The notes under the pieces are model-generated. The model was not told the DNA's origin and searched no databases. It saw only the letters and a list, made by a program, of their open reading frames with translations. Shown here one piece after another: positions 1-8,983 of a stretch of 64,000 nt of DNA (position 1 is the first letter of the stretch; each line of letters starts with the position of its first letter). The stretch spans positions 4,294-68,293 of the forward strand of contig JBAXLR010000001.1 in assembly GCA_037134655.1 (NCBI GenBank), in the 5' to 3' direction. This DNA comes from a bacterium (GTDB taxonomy: Bacteria; Bdellovibrionota_B; Oligoflexia; Oligoflexales; RGVZ01). Position numbers and translations under genes: made by a program.

Positions 1-198
1 CTGCTCTTGCAGAAATTAGCGCAAGCTACCGCTGATCGCGATACCTTATCGACAATGGCAAAGTCATGGGATGGATTTGAGAAGAGTCTGCCTGATCATA
101 CGTTATCGAATACCGAGCTGCAGGGCCTAAAACAATCAATTGCTACGAGCCGCAAAAACTACGGTTTTGATCCAAGCTCAGAAAAAGTTAACCTATAA
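1..198 (+). CDS. 3' end of a CDS that starts left of the window (hypothetical)
   Basis: Frame 1 is open from base 1 to the TAA at 196-198. Track ORF 7..198 only begins at an internal TTG. No recognisable motif. Confidence 0.35.
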   Translation: MLLQKLAQATADRDTLSTMAKSWDGFEKSLPDHTLSNTELQGLKQSIATSRKNYGFDPSSEKVNL

Positions 199-204
199 AT
201 CTCG

Positions 205-1179
205 ATGGAGAATGCGGCAATGACGTCCGACGATCGCACCAAGAGTATGACTCCGGCAGAGGACGGGAATACAGACAAAAAACCTGGTTCTCCTGCCATG
301 TCAGATTATTTACAAGCTCCACGAAAAAAACGAAAAAGTTTTGTAGCTTTTGGTATCGGCCCCAATTTGGACGCTGATACCATTTCAGCAATCCAGAAAT
401 TTTTTGCCTCTCAGTATCCAAAACTTGTTGTTTTAACGGTGAAATCTCCCGATGAGCTCGTGAAGCTAGCCAGTAGGAATATTGTATTGACGCTAATAGA
501 TGATGAATTAGCTGAACGCGACGAGACACTAAAAGCTGTTCGCAGCCTTAAAGAAAAACGCTCTAACGCCCCACTTCCAACTCTATTTTTCACCAACGAT
601 GTGCCGTCGCTAATTGCATCTTATCAGGGCCATCTACCTCTTTGGCACGAAGTGGACGACTATTTAAGTCTGGCGGAAAGCCCACGGCACAAGTTATTTG
701 AGAAGATCAAATCTTGCCTTGAAAATCGCAATCAGCGACGGGCGAGAAGGTTCAAGACAAATATACCCATTACGTTTCAGATTCTCGATTCGGGAGAGCA
801 CCGTTTTCAAGGAGAGATTGTAGACTTTAGTCTTCATGGCGCAATGCTGGCTGCCGCAGGCAATACCCATAGGTTTAGCACGAAAGATCAGCTGGTCATT
901 CACTTCCCCCTAAGCCAGTATGTGCACGGCAAAGCTGATTTTTTCAGGATATCTGCACGAGTACGACGGGTGATTATTTCTGGCGACAAAGCAGGTATCA
1001 GCTGGGAGTACCTAACCGGCGAAAAAGTTGGAACACTTACAGAAATTTTGACCACGATCGTTAGCGCGGGGCTAAGTCGGGCGGCCGCCTCCACTAGGCA
1101 GCGATACAGCAAGTTTTTAGAAGTGCCATCTGAGGCAGATCAGGCCAAGGGCAAAGATTCTCGAAAATATGAGTATTAA
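205..1179 (+). CDS. PilZ-domain (c-di-GMP binding) protein with N-terminal receiver-like domain
   Basis: RRARR ... DFSLHGAML matches the PilZ RxxxR / D-x-S-x-x-G signature. The N-terminal ~130 aa has a receiver-like pattern (VLTLIDDEL). Confidence 0.7.
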   Translation: MENAAMTSDDRTKSMTPAEDGNTDKKPGSPAMSDYLQAPRKKRKSFVAFGIGPNLDADTISAIQKFFASQYPKLVVLTVKSPDELVKLASRNIVLTLIDDELAERDETLKAVRSLKEKRSNAPLPTLFFTNDVPSLIASYQGHLPLWHEVDDYLSLAESPRHKLFEKIKSCLENRNQRRARRFKTNIPITFQILDSGEHRFQGEIVDFSLHGAMLAAAGNTHRFSTKDQLVIHFPLSQYVHGKADFFRISARVRRVIISGDKAGISWEYLTGEKVGTLTEILTTIVSAGLSRAAASTRQRYSKFLEVPSEADQAKGKDSRKYEY

Positions 1180-1295
1180 CAGATATTTATAAGATTTTGT
1201 TAATTTAGCTTATCAAATCTCCGATGTCCTTTCCTGTTAAAGGGACCAGGCATTTTTTGACTCGAGGTATCCCTTGGGATTGAAAAGGAGACGTC

Positions 1296-2420
1296 ATGAA
1301 GAAGACAATACAAAACCACAGGACTTTTAGCCGACCCATCCTCGCTTTGGTGTCAGCGACCAGCCTCGCTCTTTCGGCTTGTAACCTCGGTGATGTCGCT
1401 GGGCTGAAAGTCGCAGGCGGTACAATCGATGGAGCAGGCGAATCGGCAAAATATCCTGGTACAGTCTATGTTGAGTTAAACGCACGAGACTTCAGCGGCG
1501 GCAGTCATACTATCCGAAATGTTGGCACCATCGCTGACGTTGGTTTAACAGATGCTTATGCCCTCTTTTTATCCCTTGCTGATGTTTTCAAAGTAGGAGC
1601 TGACGGACAAGCTGAGCTACCCGTCATGAAATCTGTCGAAGTAAAGCTATTCCTTAATAATGGCGAAACATCGATCACTCTGCCCGGTATGGAAATGAAT
1701 CGTACTGGCTTTATGCGTGATGCGCAGGGTCGTGCGTATTTCATGGTGACTTACGGCGCCAAAGCCTTACCGGTCGGAAGTATCCCACAGAACTTCAAAG
1801 AAGAGGCAGAGCTCGTAGCCAATAAGATTTTTATCGATAGTCCATTACGGCTTGCTACCGGCCAAAATCTACGAAATGCCAACACCAGTTTTATCATGAT
1901 GGCTGTTCCTAAAAGCGCCCATCGAGCCCTCGCTTCCCTCAGAGCGCCAAAGATTATGTCGGCTGAAGAGCGTCCAAGTGCGGCAGAACTAAAAGGTGTC
2001 GTGGTTGGTTTTGGTGAAAATACTGTGGGTGGTTCGAGAAAGTCTGACTTTGCTCTCACGGCAGCTTTACCGTCAGTAATGAAGCGAAATTTTGCCGACA
2101 TCGAAGCCCTGAACAAAACCGAGGCCGAGTTCACACCACTTAGAAAGCAGATTGGCGGAGACTCCCATGTGGCTAAACAGATTTGGGAATTCACTGGCTC
2201 TGGACTCTGCGAATCAAAAGACGGCTCTAACTACGACACAGGCGCGGCCGTTTATGTAAACGGTAAGTTTGCTGGCTTTGGAGTCCTCTCCTCCGCCATA
2301 TCCCAAGGCTATAAGGGCCGTCTAAAATGTGAAATGACGAGCCGCAAGGACATGGTAACACTGGTAGTAAGCCCAAGTGCTTCTGACATCGCTGAGTTCG
2401 TGAAACGTTATCAGAAGTAA
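1296..2420 (+). CDS. hypothetical lipoprotein
   Basis: 374-aa ORF with signal peptide and lipobox (LALSAC). AGGAG RBS upstream of the ATG. No family recognised. Confidence 0.5.
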   Translation: MKKTIQNHRTFSRPILALVSATSLALSACNLGDVAGLKVAGGTIDGAGESAKYPGTVYVELNARDFSGGSHTIRNVGTIADVGLTDAYALFLSLADVFKVGADGQAELPVMKSVEVKLFLNNGETSITLPGMEMNRTGFMRDAQGRAYFMVTYGAKALPVGSIPQNFKEEAELVANKIFIDSPLRLATGQNLRNANTSFIMMAVPKSAHRALASLRAPKIMSAEERPSAAELKGVVVGFGENTVGGSRKSDFALTAALPSVMKRNFADIEALNKTEAEFTPLRKQIGGDSHVAKQIWEFTGSGLCESKDGSNYDTGAAVYVNGKFAGFGVLSSAISQGYKGRLKCEMTSRKDMVTLVVSPSASDIAEFVKRYQK

Positions 2421-2461
2421 AAGTAAATTGACCCGTTCTCAGAAATCATGAGGAGTGAAAC

Positions 2462-2716
2462 ATGAAAGCAATCAAAAAAAACCTGTTCCTGGCAACTGTC
2501 TTGGTCTTCGCGGTATCTTCTTCTAGCTGTCAGCTACTCAGCGGTATACTCCCGATGCTGGGCGGGGGGATGGGTTTGACGGATGACGATAATCAAAATA
2601 GCCTCTCATTGACAGGATCTCAGGACCGGGTGAAAAACGGCTACCGGATTGTGGGTGGCGCTCTTCCACAACAAAGTCGACAAGAGGGTGCTCTGTACTC
2701 TGCTTTTGACCAGTAG
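2462..2716 (+). CDS. small hypothetical lipoprotein
   Basis: 84-aa ORF with signal peptide ending SSSSC. GAGGAG RBS at 2449-2454. Followed by a terminator hairpin. Confidence 0.4.
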   Translation: MKAIKKNLFLATVLVFAVSSSSCQLLSGILPMLGGGMGLTDDDNQNSLSLTGSQDRVKNGYRIVGGALPQQSRQEGALYSAFDQ

Positions 2717-2755
2717 ACGATTATCACTAAGAACGGTTAGTACCGTTACGAACCA

Positions 2756-2815
2756 ATTGCGTCCCCTTGTTTTGAGACCTTACTGGGTCTAAATTCGGGG
2801 ACGCAATCTTTTTTG
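2756..2815 (+). terminator. rho-independent terminator (two-tier hairpin)
   Basis: attgcgtcccc (2756-2766) pairs with ggggacgcaat (2797-2807). Inner agacc/ggtct stem, followed by cttttttg. Confidence 0.6.
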
Positions 2816-2914
2816 CCAGCCAATTTTTCCAAAAGTCATAACATTTGCTAAAAATACGGGCATCAATGTTGTGGCCTTGGTAATTTTCCTCTATATTAGG
2901 GTGTTTTCCCTCGA

Positions 2915-3269
2915 GGGGCCGTCATGGTTTCGACATGCACGGTCGTCGAGTCAAAGCGCATGTCCGGGGTGGGTACGTCACCCGGTTATTAAAGGCGGAC
3001 CAACGCTTATTCGGCAACGAATACGCACTCGCAGCTTAATTAAGCTGCCGTCGAACCCAAAGCGGCCACGGCTTTGGGGGATGGCGCAATCGATGTGGCT
3101 TGGTGTCAGGGACTTCCGTCTGGAGTTTCGGGCATGACGACAATCAGGCTGCGGTCGGATGAGCCTGTCTATGGGCGCATAAGACAAGAGGATAAATCAT
3201 AAGACTAAACATGTAGTGCTTTTTCCGACGCGTGTATGGACGCGGGTTCGATTCCCGCCGGCTCCACCA
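2915..3269 (+). ncRNA. ssrA: tmRNA (transfer-messenger RNA)
   Basis: 5' GGGGCCGTCATGGTTTCGAC and 3' GGACGCGGGTTCGATTCCCGCCGGCTCCACCA are the canonical tRNA-like ends. Internal tag frame ggc aac gaa tac gca ctc gca gct taa encodes ...GNEYALAA*. Confidence 0.92.
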
Positions 3270-3291
3270 GAGCCAATGGTGGGAATTTTTT
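3264..3291 (+). terminator. ssrA terminator hairpin
   Basis: ccacca (3264-3269) pairs with tggtgg (3277-3282), followed by a T6 run at 3286-3291. Confidence 0.55.
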
Positions 3292-3524
3292 AGTTAGCAA
3301 ATTTCAGCTGCCACCAGTGACTTCAACTTCGACGCAGAAAAAAATCCAAACAAAAGTCCTCGCATCCCTTCACGCATTTGCTGGTCCTAAGTAGGTCAAA
3401 AAAATTACTCCCAAATCAAGTCAGGAATATTATTCCATCCAAAGCTTGCACTCAGGTTTGTGCATCATTTGACAGATCATCTATAATTTAGAAATTAATC
3501 TCATAAAAATTCAGGGCAATTACG

Positions 3525-4358
3525 ATGCAGACAAAAATCCTTGGTATTTTAGTAAGTATTATTTTTATGACCTCGTGTATCTCGGTCATCTCACCACAGA
3601 CAGCGGACACCTTAGCGCCAGGGGAAATGAGCGCGTACGTCGCTTTGACCACGCCAGTCATATATTACGCCAATAAGAGTGATTCGTCCGATACAAGTGA
3701 CAGTGAAGACGAAGACAGTGATTCATCCGGCGGTGAAATCATGGACGGCCTCTGGTTTGACGTGGGAACCAGGTACGGACTATCCGACAACCTGGACTTT
3801 GGCGTCGAGAAGACCGGTATGATTACCCATTTTGACTTTAAACGGCGTCTTTTTGGTTCCGGCAAGGGCACATCCTTGGCTATTGGAGCAGGATTAGGAG
3901 CTAATAACCTCTCTGGGTTTTTCAACAGCAGCAAGTCTTCTTTCTTCATTAGAACATCAGATGTCCCGTTATATTTCTCCACCCGAATTGGCGAGACTTC
4001 AAGCTTTTACTCAGTGCTTCGATATCACTACACCCACGTTGAATCCAAGAGTTCCTTAAATTTAACGGATTCCAGTGACTCAACCACTGACACAGAGACA
4101 GATAACTCCCAAAAATCCATATCCGCACGCAATGTTGCCTTAAGCCTTGGTGGAGTCTTTGGTGAACCGGTGGGATTTTTTATTGAGATCGCCGCCATCA
4201 AGGGAATGGATAAGGATGGCAATAACGACACAAGGCCCCAAATCGCCCTGGGCTTCACTTTGCGAAACTCTGTACCAAAGTCAAAGTCGGATACTGAACC
4301 GGCCACTCCCGTTTTGACTCCAAAGGCACCAAAAAAATCTAAAACCCTGCGACATTAA
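3525..4358 (+). CDS. hypothetical lipoprotein, Ser/Asp-rich, possibly beta-barrel
   Basis: 277-aa ORF with lipobox MTSC, acidic SDSSDTSDSEDEDSDSS tract and alternating beta-strand-like segments. Confidence 0.45.
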   Translation: MQTKILGILVSIIFMTSCISVISPQTADTLAPGEMSAYVALTTPVIYYANKSDSSDTSDSEDEDSDSSGGEIMDGLWFDVGTRYGLSDNLDFGVEKTGMITHFDFKRRLFGSGKGTSLAIGAGLGANNLSGFFNSSKSSFFIRTSDVPLYFSTRIGETSSFYSVLRYHYTHVESKSSLNLTDSSDSTTDTETDNSQKSISARNVALSLGGVFGEPVGFFIEIAAIKGMDKDGNNDTRPQIALGFTLRNSVPKSKSDTEPATPVLTPKAPKKSKTLRH

Positions 4359-4365
4359 TATTACG

Positions 4366-4387
4366 AAAAAGCTACTTACCGAGTGGC
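4366..4387 (-). terminator. terminator hairpin for the 4418..5065 gene
   Basis: On the minus strand, gccac-tcggtaa-gtagc is followed by ttttt, 30 nt after the stop codon. Confidence 0.4.
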
Positions 4388-4417
4388 AAAAAAATCGTAA
4401 ATCAACCACGGAAACTG

Positions 4418-5065
4418 TTATAGCTCAGTTCTAATTTCCATCCAGATCTCAAAATACTTCCACGCTGGCGGCACGTCCGCGCCTTGATCGTGATCAGGCC
4501 TTAGAATAAGATTTCCAGTGGCTTTGAGAAGTCTCTTCACCTCTGGATTTTGATCAAGCTTTGTCTTCATGGCACGACGAATCAATTTGTATTGTTCACC
4601 TTTTTCTATAACTCTATAAGGCATTTTTTTGCCTTCATAGGTGACCCAATTTATATTCATTATCTTCATATTGTGCTCAGCAAGAGTGCCGGCCCGCTTC
4701 GCCTCAAAACCAAGCATTTGAGCCACTTGGTCACGCGTATGCTTCCACTCTAAGCCGGGAAACTTACTTCGCTCGTCTTGTGGACCTTCAGGGTATTTCA
4801 TCATCTGCCAAAAACCCTCTAGACCTGGATACCTCTTGCCATCAATTGCAATTGGAGTGGCCGCAAAATTTGAAAGAATCCCAAGCTCAGTTCTTTTGGA
4901 TAAAATGACTTCGCCTGGCTTTGCATCCTGCGGAAGAATTTCCCAAGACTGGGCTTCATTCCTAGGGAATTTTTTCCACCACGCGGGAGGATAATTGGTT
5001 TTTTTCAGTTGGGCGGCGAACGCCAGGTTTGAGACTAGAGCAAAAAAAACTATCACATATTTCAT
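4418..5065 (-). CDS. secreted NADAR-family (YbiA-like) protein
   Basis: ILSNFAATPIAIDGKRYPGLEGFWQMMK and KLDQNPEVKRLLKATGNLILRPDHDQG resemble the NADAR motifs (SNF...F.S.EH.fQ..K; qNpel...LL.TG...L.E). Start moved to the ATG at 5065 that opens a signal peptide (MKYVIVFFALVSNLAFA). Confidence 0.5.
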   Translation of the reverse strand: MKYVIVFFALVSNLAFAAQLKKTNYPPAWWKKFPRNEAQSWEILPQDAKPGEVILSKRTELGILSNFAATPIAIDGKRYPGLEGFWQMMKYPEGPQDERSKFPGLEWKHTRDQVAQMLGFEAKRAGTLAEHNMKIMNINWVTYEGKKMPYRVIEKGEQYKLIRRAMKTKLDQNPEVKRLLKATGNLILRPDHDQGADVPPAWKYFEIWMEIRTEL

Positions 5066-5320
5066 GGACAAATAACCCTCGCCACCCCTGAAATCCAATG
5101 CAGTTATTTTTGAAAGTGCCAAAAAAGGGCGTAAAGATCAAAAATTTCGGGGCTTACAGATCATAGCAGGCAAAACTCAAAAAAATAGCGATTAATCGCA
5201 ATAGATTTTGATGGCTTAAAGGAAACTCTGCTGTTTTTTTGCTCCCTTCTCAGAATCCTCTTACCATAGAAGAAGACTTGTTTTTGGGCTTATAAACCAA
5301 AATAATTGCCTGGGGTTATC

Positions 5321-7810
5321 ATGAAAATATCGGCCACCTTATCCCGTCGATCCCTCGTCTCATTCGCAATCATCTTATCGCTCGTATCGAGCTGGCAAGC
5401 GTGTAAGCCCAGATCAGAGACTCGGTCTGAACTTCAACAACGTGACTTCCAAGGTCGCGGTTCATTCCCGATCTGGTCTTATGATGCAGGCCCAACTCCC
5501 AAAACAGATCTGGGTAACGACCTGATAAACCTTCACGCTGCACTTCCTTACTTCCCAGGCCTATCTACGGCGATTTTTGGCGATCAGATGTTTAGACCCG
5601 CATTTGGTCCAGTCGTATGGCGTATGCTCCAAGAGCCTAATAGCATTAAAATTCTTTTCATCGGCCAAGATGCCACCCACATCGCAGAAGCCGCTGGTCG
5701 CACAGCGACCGCAGGCTTCGGAGGCCGAGCGCAGGATCTTGCCAAATATTTTGGCGTAGGCTCTAGTGCAGCCTTTATCAATACATATCCTTACACCATT
5801 CGCTGGCAATACTCGTTTTTTGATACGCCAATTATTTCTGGATCAGGAGGTAGTGAAAAGCTTTCTTACGGCTCATTTACATCCAATCCTGTGTGGCTAC
5901 TATCGCAAGATGTTGATAGTCCGATCGTTCGATGGCGCAACCAGATGATTTCTTGGATCATTAAAAACAACAGAAAGTCCCTCAAGATGATTGTCCTATT
6001 TGGTGGCGCAGCACGCGACACGATGGGATCATTCGTTGTGGCAAATGGCGGCAATGTGGGTAGCCGTTACTCAGATGCAGATATCGCGAACTTGAAAATT
6101 CCAGAGTTTAAAGCAGTCTACAGTGGCGGCAACACTCAAGCTGCAAGCCCCTTCACACGGGAAGGCCAGGATCTATACCGCGATTTCGCAGGCACTAATC
6201 CAACGTATGATGATGAAGAGAAAATGAATGAACTGCGCAGCAAATTCCAAAGGGAATTTAATTCAGCGCCAGCTCGATGGTCGCAAAAAATGGTTTTTTC
6301 AGGTGGCGGCATTGGCGGAAGTGGCATACTGCACCCTGCCCAGCTTGGCGGCTATGACGTAAATCGCAAGATGTCGATCAATGGCAAAACCACAATCTCG
6401 CTAAAGGGTCTAAAGCTCTCTGACGGCAGCGTGATTGAAAACGATCTCCTTGTTTCACAGCTTCCCCACCCAACCGCGTTATCAAACATGTCTGATGGCG
6501 ACGCCTCTTCTGCTGTTAAGAGTGGGATTAAGCCGCTCGAACCGTTCACAAGAGCCGGCTGGAACATCGAGCCTGACTCTGGATTTTCAAGCGCCTTTGC
6601 AGAAGGACGCGATTACAAGTACGCCAGAGCCTCGATGGGTACAGAGTACTACGACTTTGGAGCCCCAAGCTCACGTATGGTCAATGTCTCGTCAGCTTCA
6701 AGGCTGTCAACCAACGTCATCGTCTTTGGAACTCGCGATAAAGTTCGCTTCGATGAAGAAGCTATCAAAGCCATGACGTTCGCCACACCATCAAGTTATC
6801 CGCCAGCAAACGAAGTCTGGCTCACCAAACCAAACAGTACAGATGGCTCCAAAAATCCAGGGCCAAAAAATCGTCGCTACACCTTTGACCCAGGTCCTCC
6901 GGAAGAGTTTGCAAAAATCATGAAGACGATTTTACCGACAGAGTCTGCATTTATTAAAAAGCGTGCTGATAATGGTGATTATGGACATTACCGCGGTACT
7001 TTCAAAGCACCACGTATTCTCATTGTTGCCGATCCAGATGGTTATGATGATCTTGTCACGGCTCGCGCTCTGACGGGAACACGCGGTCAGTATCTACAGT
7101 CACTTATGGATGGTATGGGTGTTAGTGATAAGTATCTGGTTGTTAAGACCGCTCCCTATGGACAAGATCCAGATTGGCAAGAAACATTTAATGCAACTAA
7201 ACCTTACCGTGAAGCCCTGTTTAAGAAAATCATTGCTAGCCACAAGCCTGAGTTGATTATTACTGACGGTAGGTTTGCCAAGGGCGAAGTGGAAAGAATC
7301 TTGGGCTCAGAGGGCGTAGCCATTGTGAATATTGAGCGTAGTGGTCTTGCTAATAATAGCGGTATTGCACAAGCTCTGCCCCAAATTAAGAAGGTGCGAG
7401 GCTTTGCCCAAGCATCGTTCTCTGGAAAAATGACCGACATCCCAAGAAGTCATCTCACGTACTACGCAAGAGCATGGGAAGGCACTTCTGGCGACCGCGT
7501 CTTAGCATCCTCTGATCCAAAATATGCAGGTGTTGCTTACGCGTTTGTGGCTCCAAAGTGGGTCTCTCAGCAAAAATACTCCATGCCAGCAATTGAAATT
7601 AATGGCTGCGAAAAGCTCTTCAAAAAGAGCCTACAGGCCAAAATTCGTTTAGGCGGCGAATCCGTCTCCCGGATGGCCGACCGACTTCGCAGCGGATCCA
7701 CTCCTGCGAGTCCCTGCCAGGCGAGCAAGAGCTCTTCCAGTGATGCGCCTGAAATGGAAACACCAGCCAGTGATGAAGAAGAAAATGAAAGTCGCGTCGA
7801 GCGTCTCTAG
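5321..7810 (+). CDS. large secreted lipoprotein with two uracil-DNA-glycosylase-superfamily-like segments
   Basis: Signal peptide plus lipobox (SSWQAC). ILFIGQDATH resembles the UNG GQDPYH motif. ILIVADPDGYDDLVTARALTGTRGQYLQSL aligns by eye to the family-4 UDG motif vGEaPG..Ed..G.pFvG.aGqlL. Confidence 0.4.
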   Translation: MKISATLSRRSLVSFAIILSLVSSWQACKPRSETRSELQQRDFQGRGSFPIWSYDAGPTPKTDLGNDLINLHAALPYFPGLSTAIFGDQMFRPAFGPVVWRMLQEPNSIKILFIGQDATHIAEAAGRTATAGFGGRAQDLAKYFGVGSSAAFINTYPYTIRWQYSFFDTPIISGSGGSEKLSYGSFTSNPVWLLSQDVDSPIVRWRNQMISWIIKNNRKSLKMIVLFGGAARDTMGSFVVANGGNVGSRYSDADIANLKIPEFKAVYSGGNTQAASPFTREGQDLYRDFAGTNPTYDDEEKMNELRSKFQREFNSAPARWSQKMVFSGGGIGGSGILHPAQLGGYDVNRKMSINGKTTISLKGLKLSDGSVIENDLLVSQLPHPTALSNMSDGDASSAVKSGIKPLEPFTRAGWNIEPDSGFSSAFAEGRDYKYARASMGTEYYDFGAPSSRMVNVSSASRLSTNVIVFGTRDKVRFDEEAIKAMTFATPSSYPPANEVWLTKPNSTDGSKNPGPKNRRYTFDPGPPEEFAKIMKTILPTESAFIKKRADNGDYGHYRGTFKAPRILIVADPDGYDDLVTARALTGTRGQYLQSLMDGMGVSDKYLVVKTAPYGQDPDWQETFNATKPYREALFKKIIASHKPELIITDGRFAKGEVERILGSEGVAIVNIERSGLANNSGIAQALPQIKKVRGFAQASFSGKMTDIPRSHLTYYARAWEGTSGDRVLASSDPKYAGVAYAFVAPKWVSQQKYSMPAIEINGCEKLFKKSLQAKIRLGGESVSRMADRLRSGSTPASPCQASKSSSSDAPEMETPASDEEENESRVERL

Positions 7811-7834
7811 TCTTCCACGATCTATGTCGATAAG

Positions 7835-7865
7835 AAAAACCCCCTCGCACCGGAGGGGGTTTTTC
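7835..7865. terminator. bidirectional rho-independent terminator
   Basis: aaaaa-ccccctc-gcaccg-gaggggg-ttttt lies between convergent genes ending at 7810 and 7892. Confidence 0.8.
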
Positions 7866-7891
7866 TATTCAAAATTCTTTGCTAGCTAATT

Positions 7892-8788
7892 TTAGTCCAA
7901 ATCAAAAATCGTCTTCACCGCACAGTGATCCGAAACCGTGTCATTGTAGCGTTGGAGTCGACCGCGGTCGTTTTGGTTACAAGGTCCGATGACGTGGTGG
8001 GAATTTACTTGATCGGCTAAGACACCTGTGACCCAAGCGCGGTCAAACTTAGCTGGCTCGTATGTTTCGTGAGTTGTGGCCCAAGAATACGCCTCTGGCG
8101 ATTGGACTTCTTCCATTTGGTTGCCAGCCAAGATTCTTGTGAAGTTTTCAGGATCATCGCCATATGTGTTGAAGTCACCAACTATCACGGCTGGGATATT
8201 GCTATTTTGACGTTTGATGTAATCAGCAACGATTTTCATCTGCTTCACCCTGACAGAGGAGAAGTCTGGGGCGGACTTCAAATGTACGGCAAAAAGATGC
8301 ATCAGAGGTTTACCTGAGCTTGTCTTCACGATCCCATGAACAGCAGGACGAAGGTCACCATTTAAATCAACCTCATCCAAGGTATAGCTTCTTGCATCAC
8401 TGGCCTTTTCAAAGCGCAAGTGAGGCTTCACACAAACCACAACATGTTGATGCTGCGGGTCATTATTTGCATAGGAAACACAGTTATAGCGTCTCTCGAG
8501 CAGCCCTTCAGCTAGGAGCTTAACGTCCACAATCTCTTCAAATGCCAAAACGTCAGCAAAAAGACCACTGTCAGCCATATGCTTTCGAATGGTCGGAATG
8601 CGATTTTCTTCAATATTTTCTTTATTTTCTACGCCGTCAACTTTGCGCTGACCAAACCATCTTAAATTGAACTGTGCCAAAGTAAGTTGGCCTTTGCCAC
8701 CAGGGCCGACTTTTGCATAAACACTCTCAGAGCTAACACCCATCAACGCTAGAAGAAGCAATCCAGACTTTAAGAACCTTGATTTCAT
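7892..8788 (-). CDS. secreted endonuclease/exonuclease/phosphatase (EEP) family protein
   Basis: EEP motifs LAQFNLRWFG, VLAFEEI, VIVGDFNT and SDHCAV. Start set at the ATG at 8788 (AAGGAG RBS, signal peptide MKSRFLKSGLLLLALMG). Confidence 0.8.
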   Translation of the reverse strand: MKSRFLKSGLLLLALMGVSSESVYAKVGPGGKGQLTLAQFNLRWFGQRKVDGVENKENIEENRIPTIRKHMADSGLFADVLAFEEIVDVKLLAEGLLERRYNCVSYANNDPQHQHVVVCVKPHLRFEKASDARSYTLDEVDLNGDLRPAVHGIVKTSSGKPLMHLFAVHLKSAPDFSSVRVKQMKIVADYIKRQNSNIPAVIVGDFNTYGDDPENFTRILAGNQMEEVQSPEAYSWATTHETYEPAKFDRAWVTGVLADQVNSHHVIGPCNQNDRGRLQRYNDTVSDHCAVKTIFDLD

Positions 8789-8983
8789 GCAGTCTCCTTC
8801 TGCGGTTAGCAGGCAGTGCCGGATACTCCGCATTCCATGCAGAATATCTAGAAAAACAATTTTTTTAAGCTCTGGATAGGATTGTAGCTTTTCCTAACTA
8901 TTCTGAAAATAATAAAAAGGCGCCTCGAGCCGAATTTAAATTCTTTTAACAATCTGATTTATTTTAAGGCACTTCTAATAATT

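Noticed and set aside
2871-3187. Track ORFs 2871..3137 (+) and 2978..3187 (-) as protein-coding genes
   Set aside because: They lie entirely within or across the tmRNA gene (2915-3269). Their translations are Arg/Ser/Pro-rich with no RBS. The RNA gene explains the region.
3270-5305. Genomic island integrated at the tmRNA gene
   Set aside because: ssrA is a classic integration hotspot. However, I found no integrase, no duplicated ssrA 3' end (ttcgattcccgcc) in the parts of the window I could scan, and the flanking genes are ordinary lipoprotein and NADAR genes. A full-window repeat search was not possible by eye.
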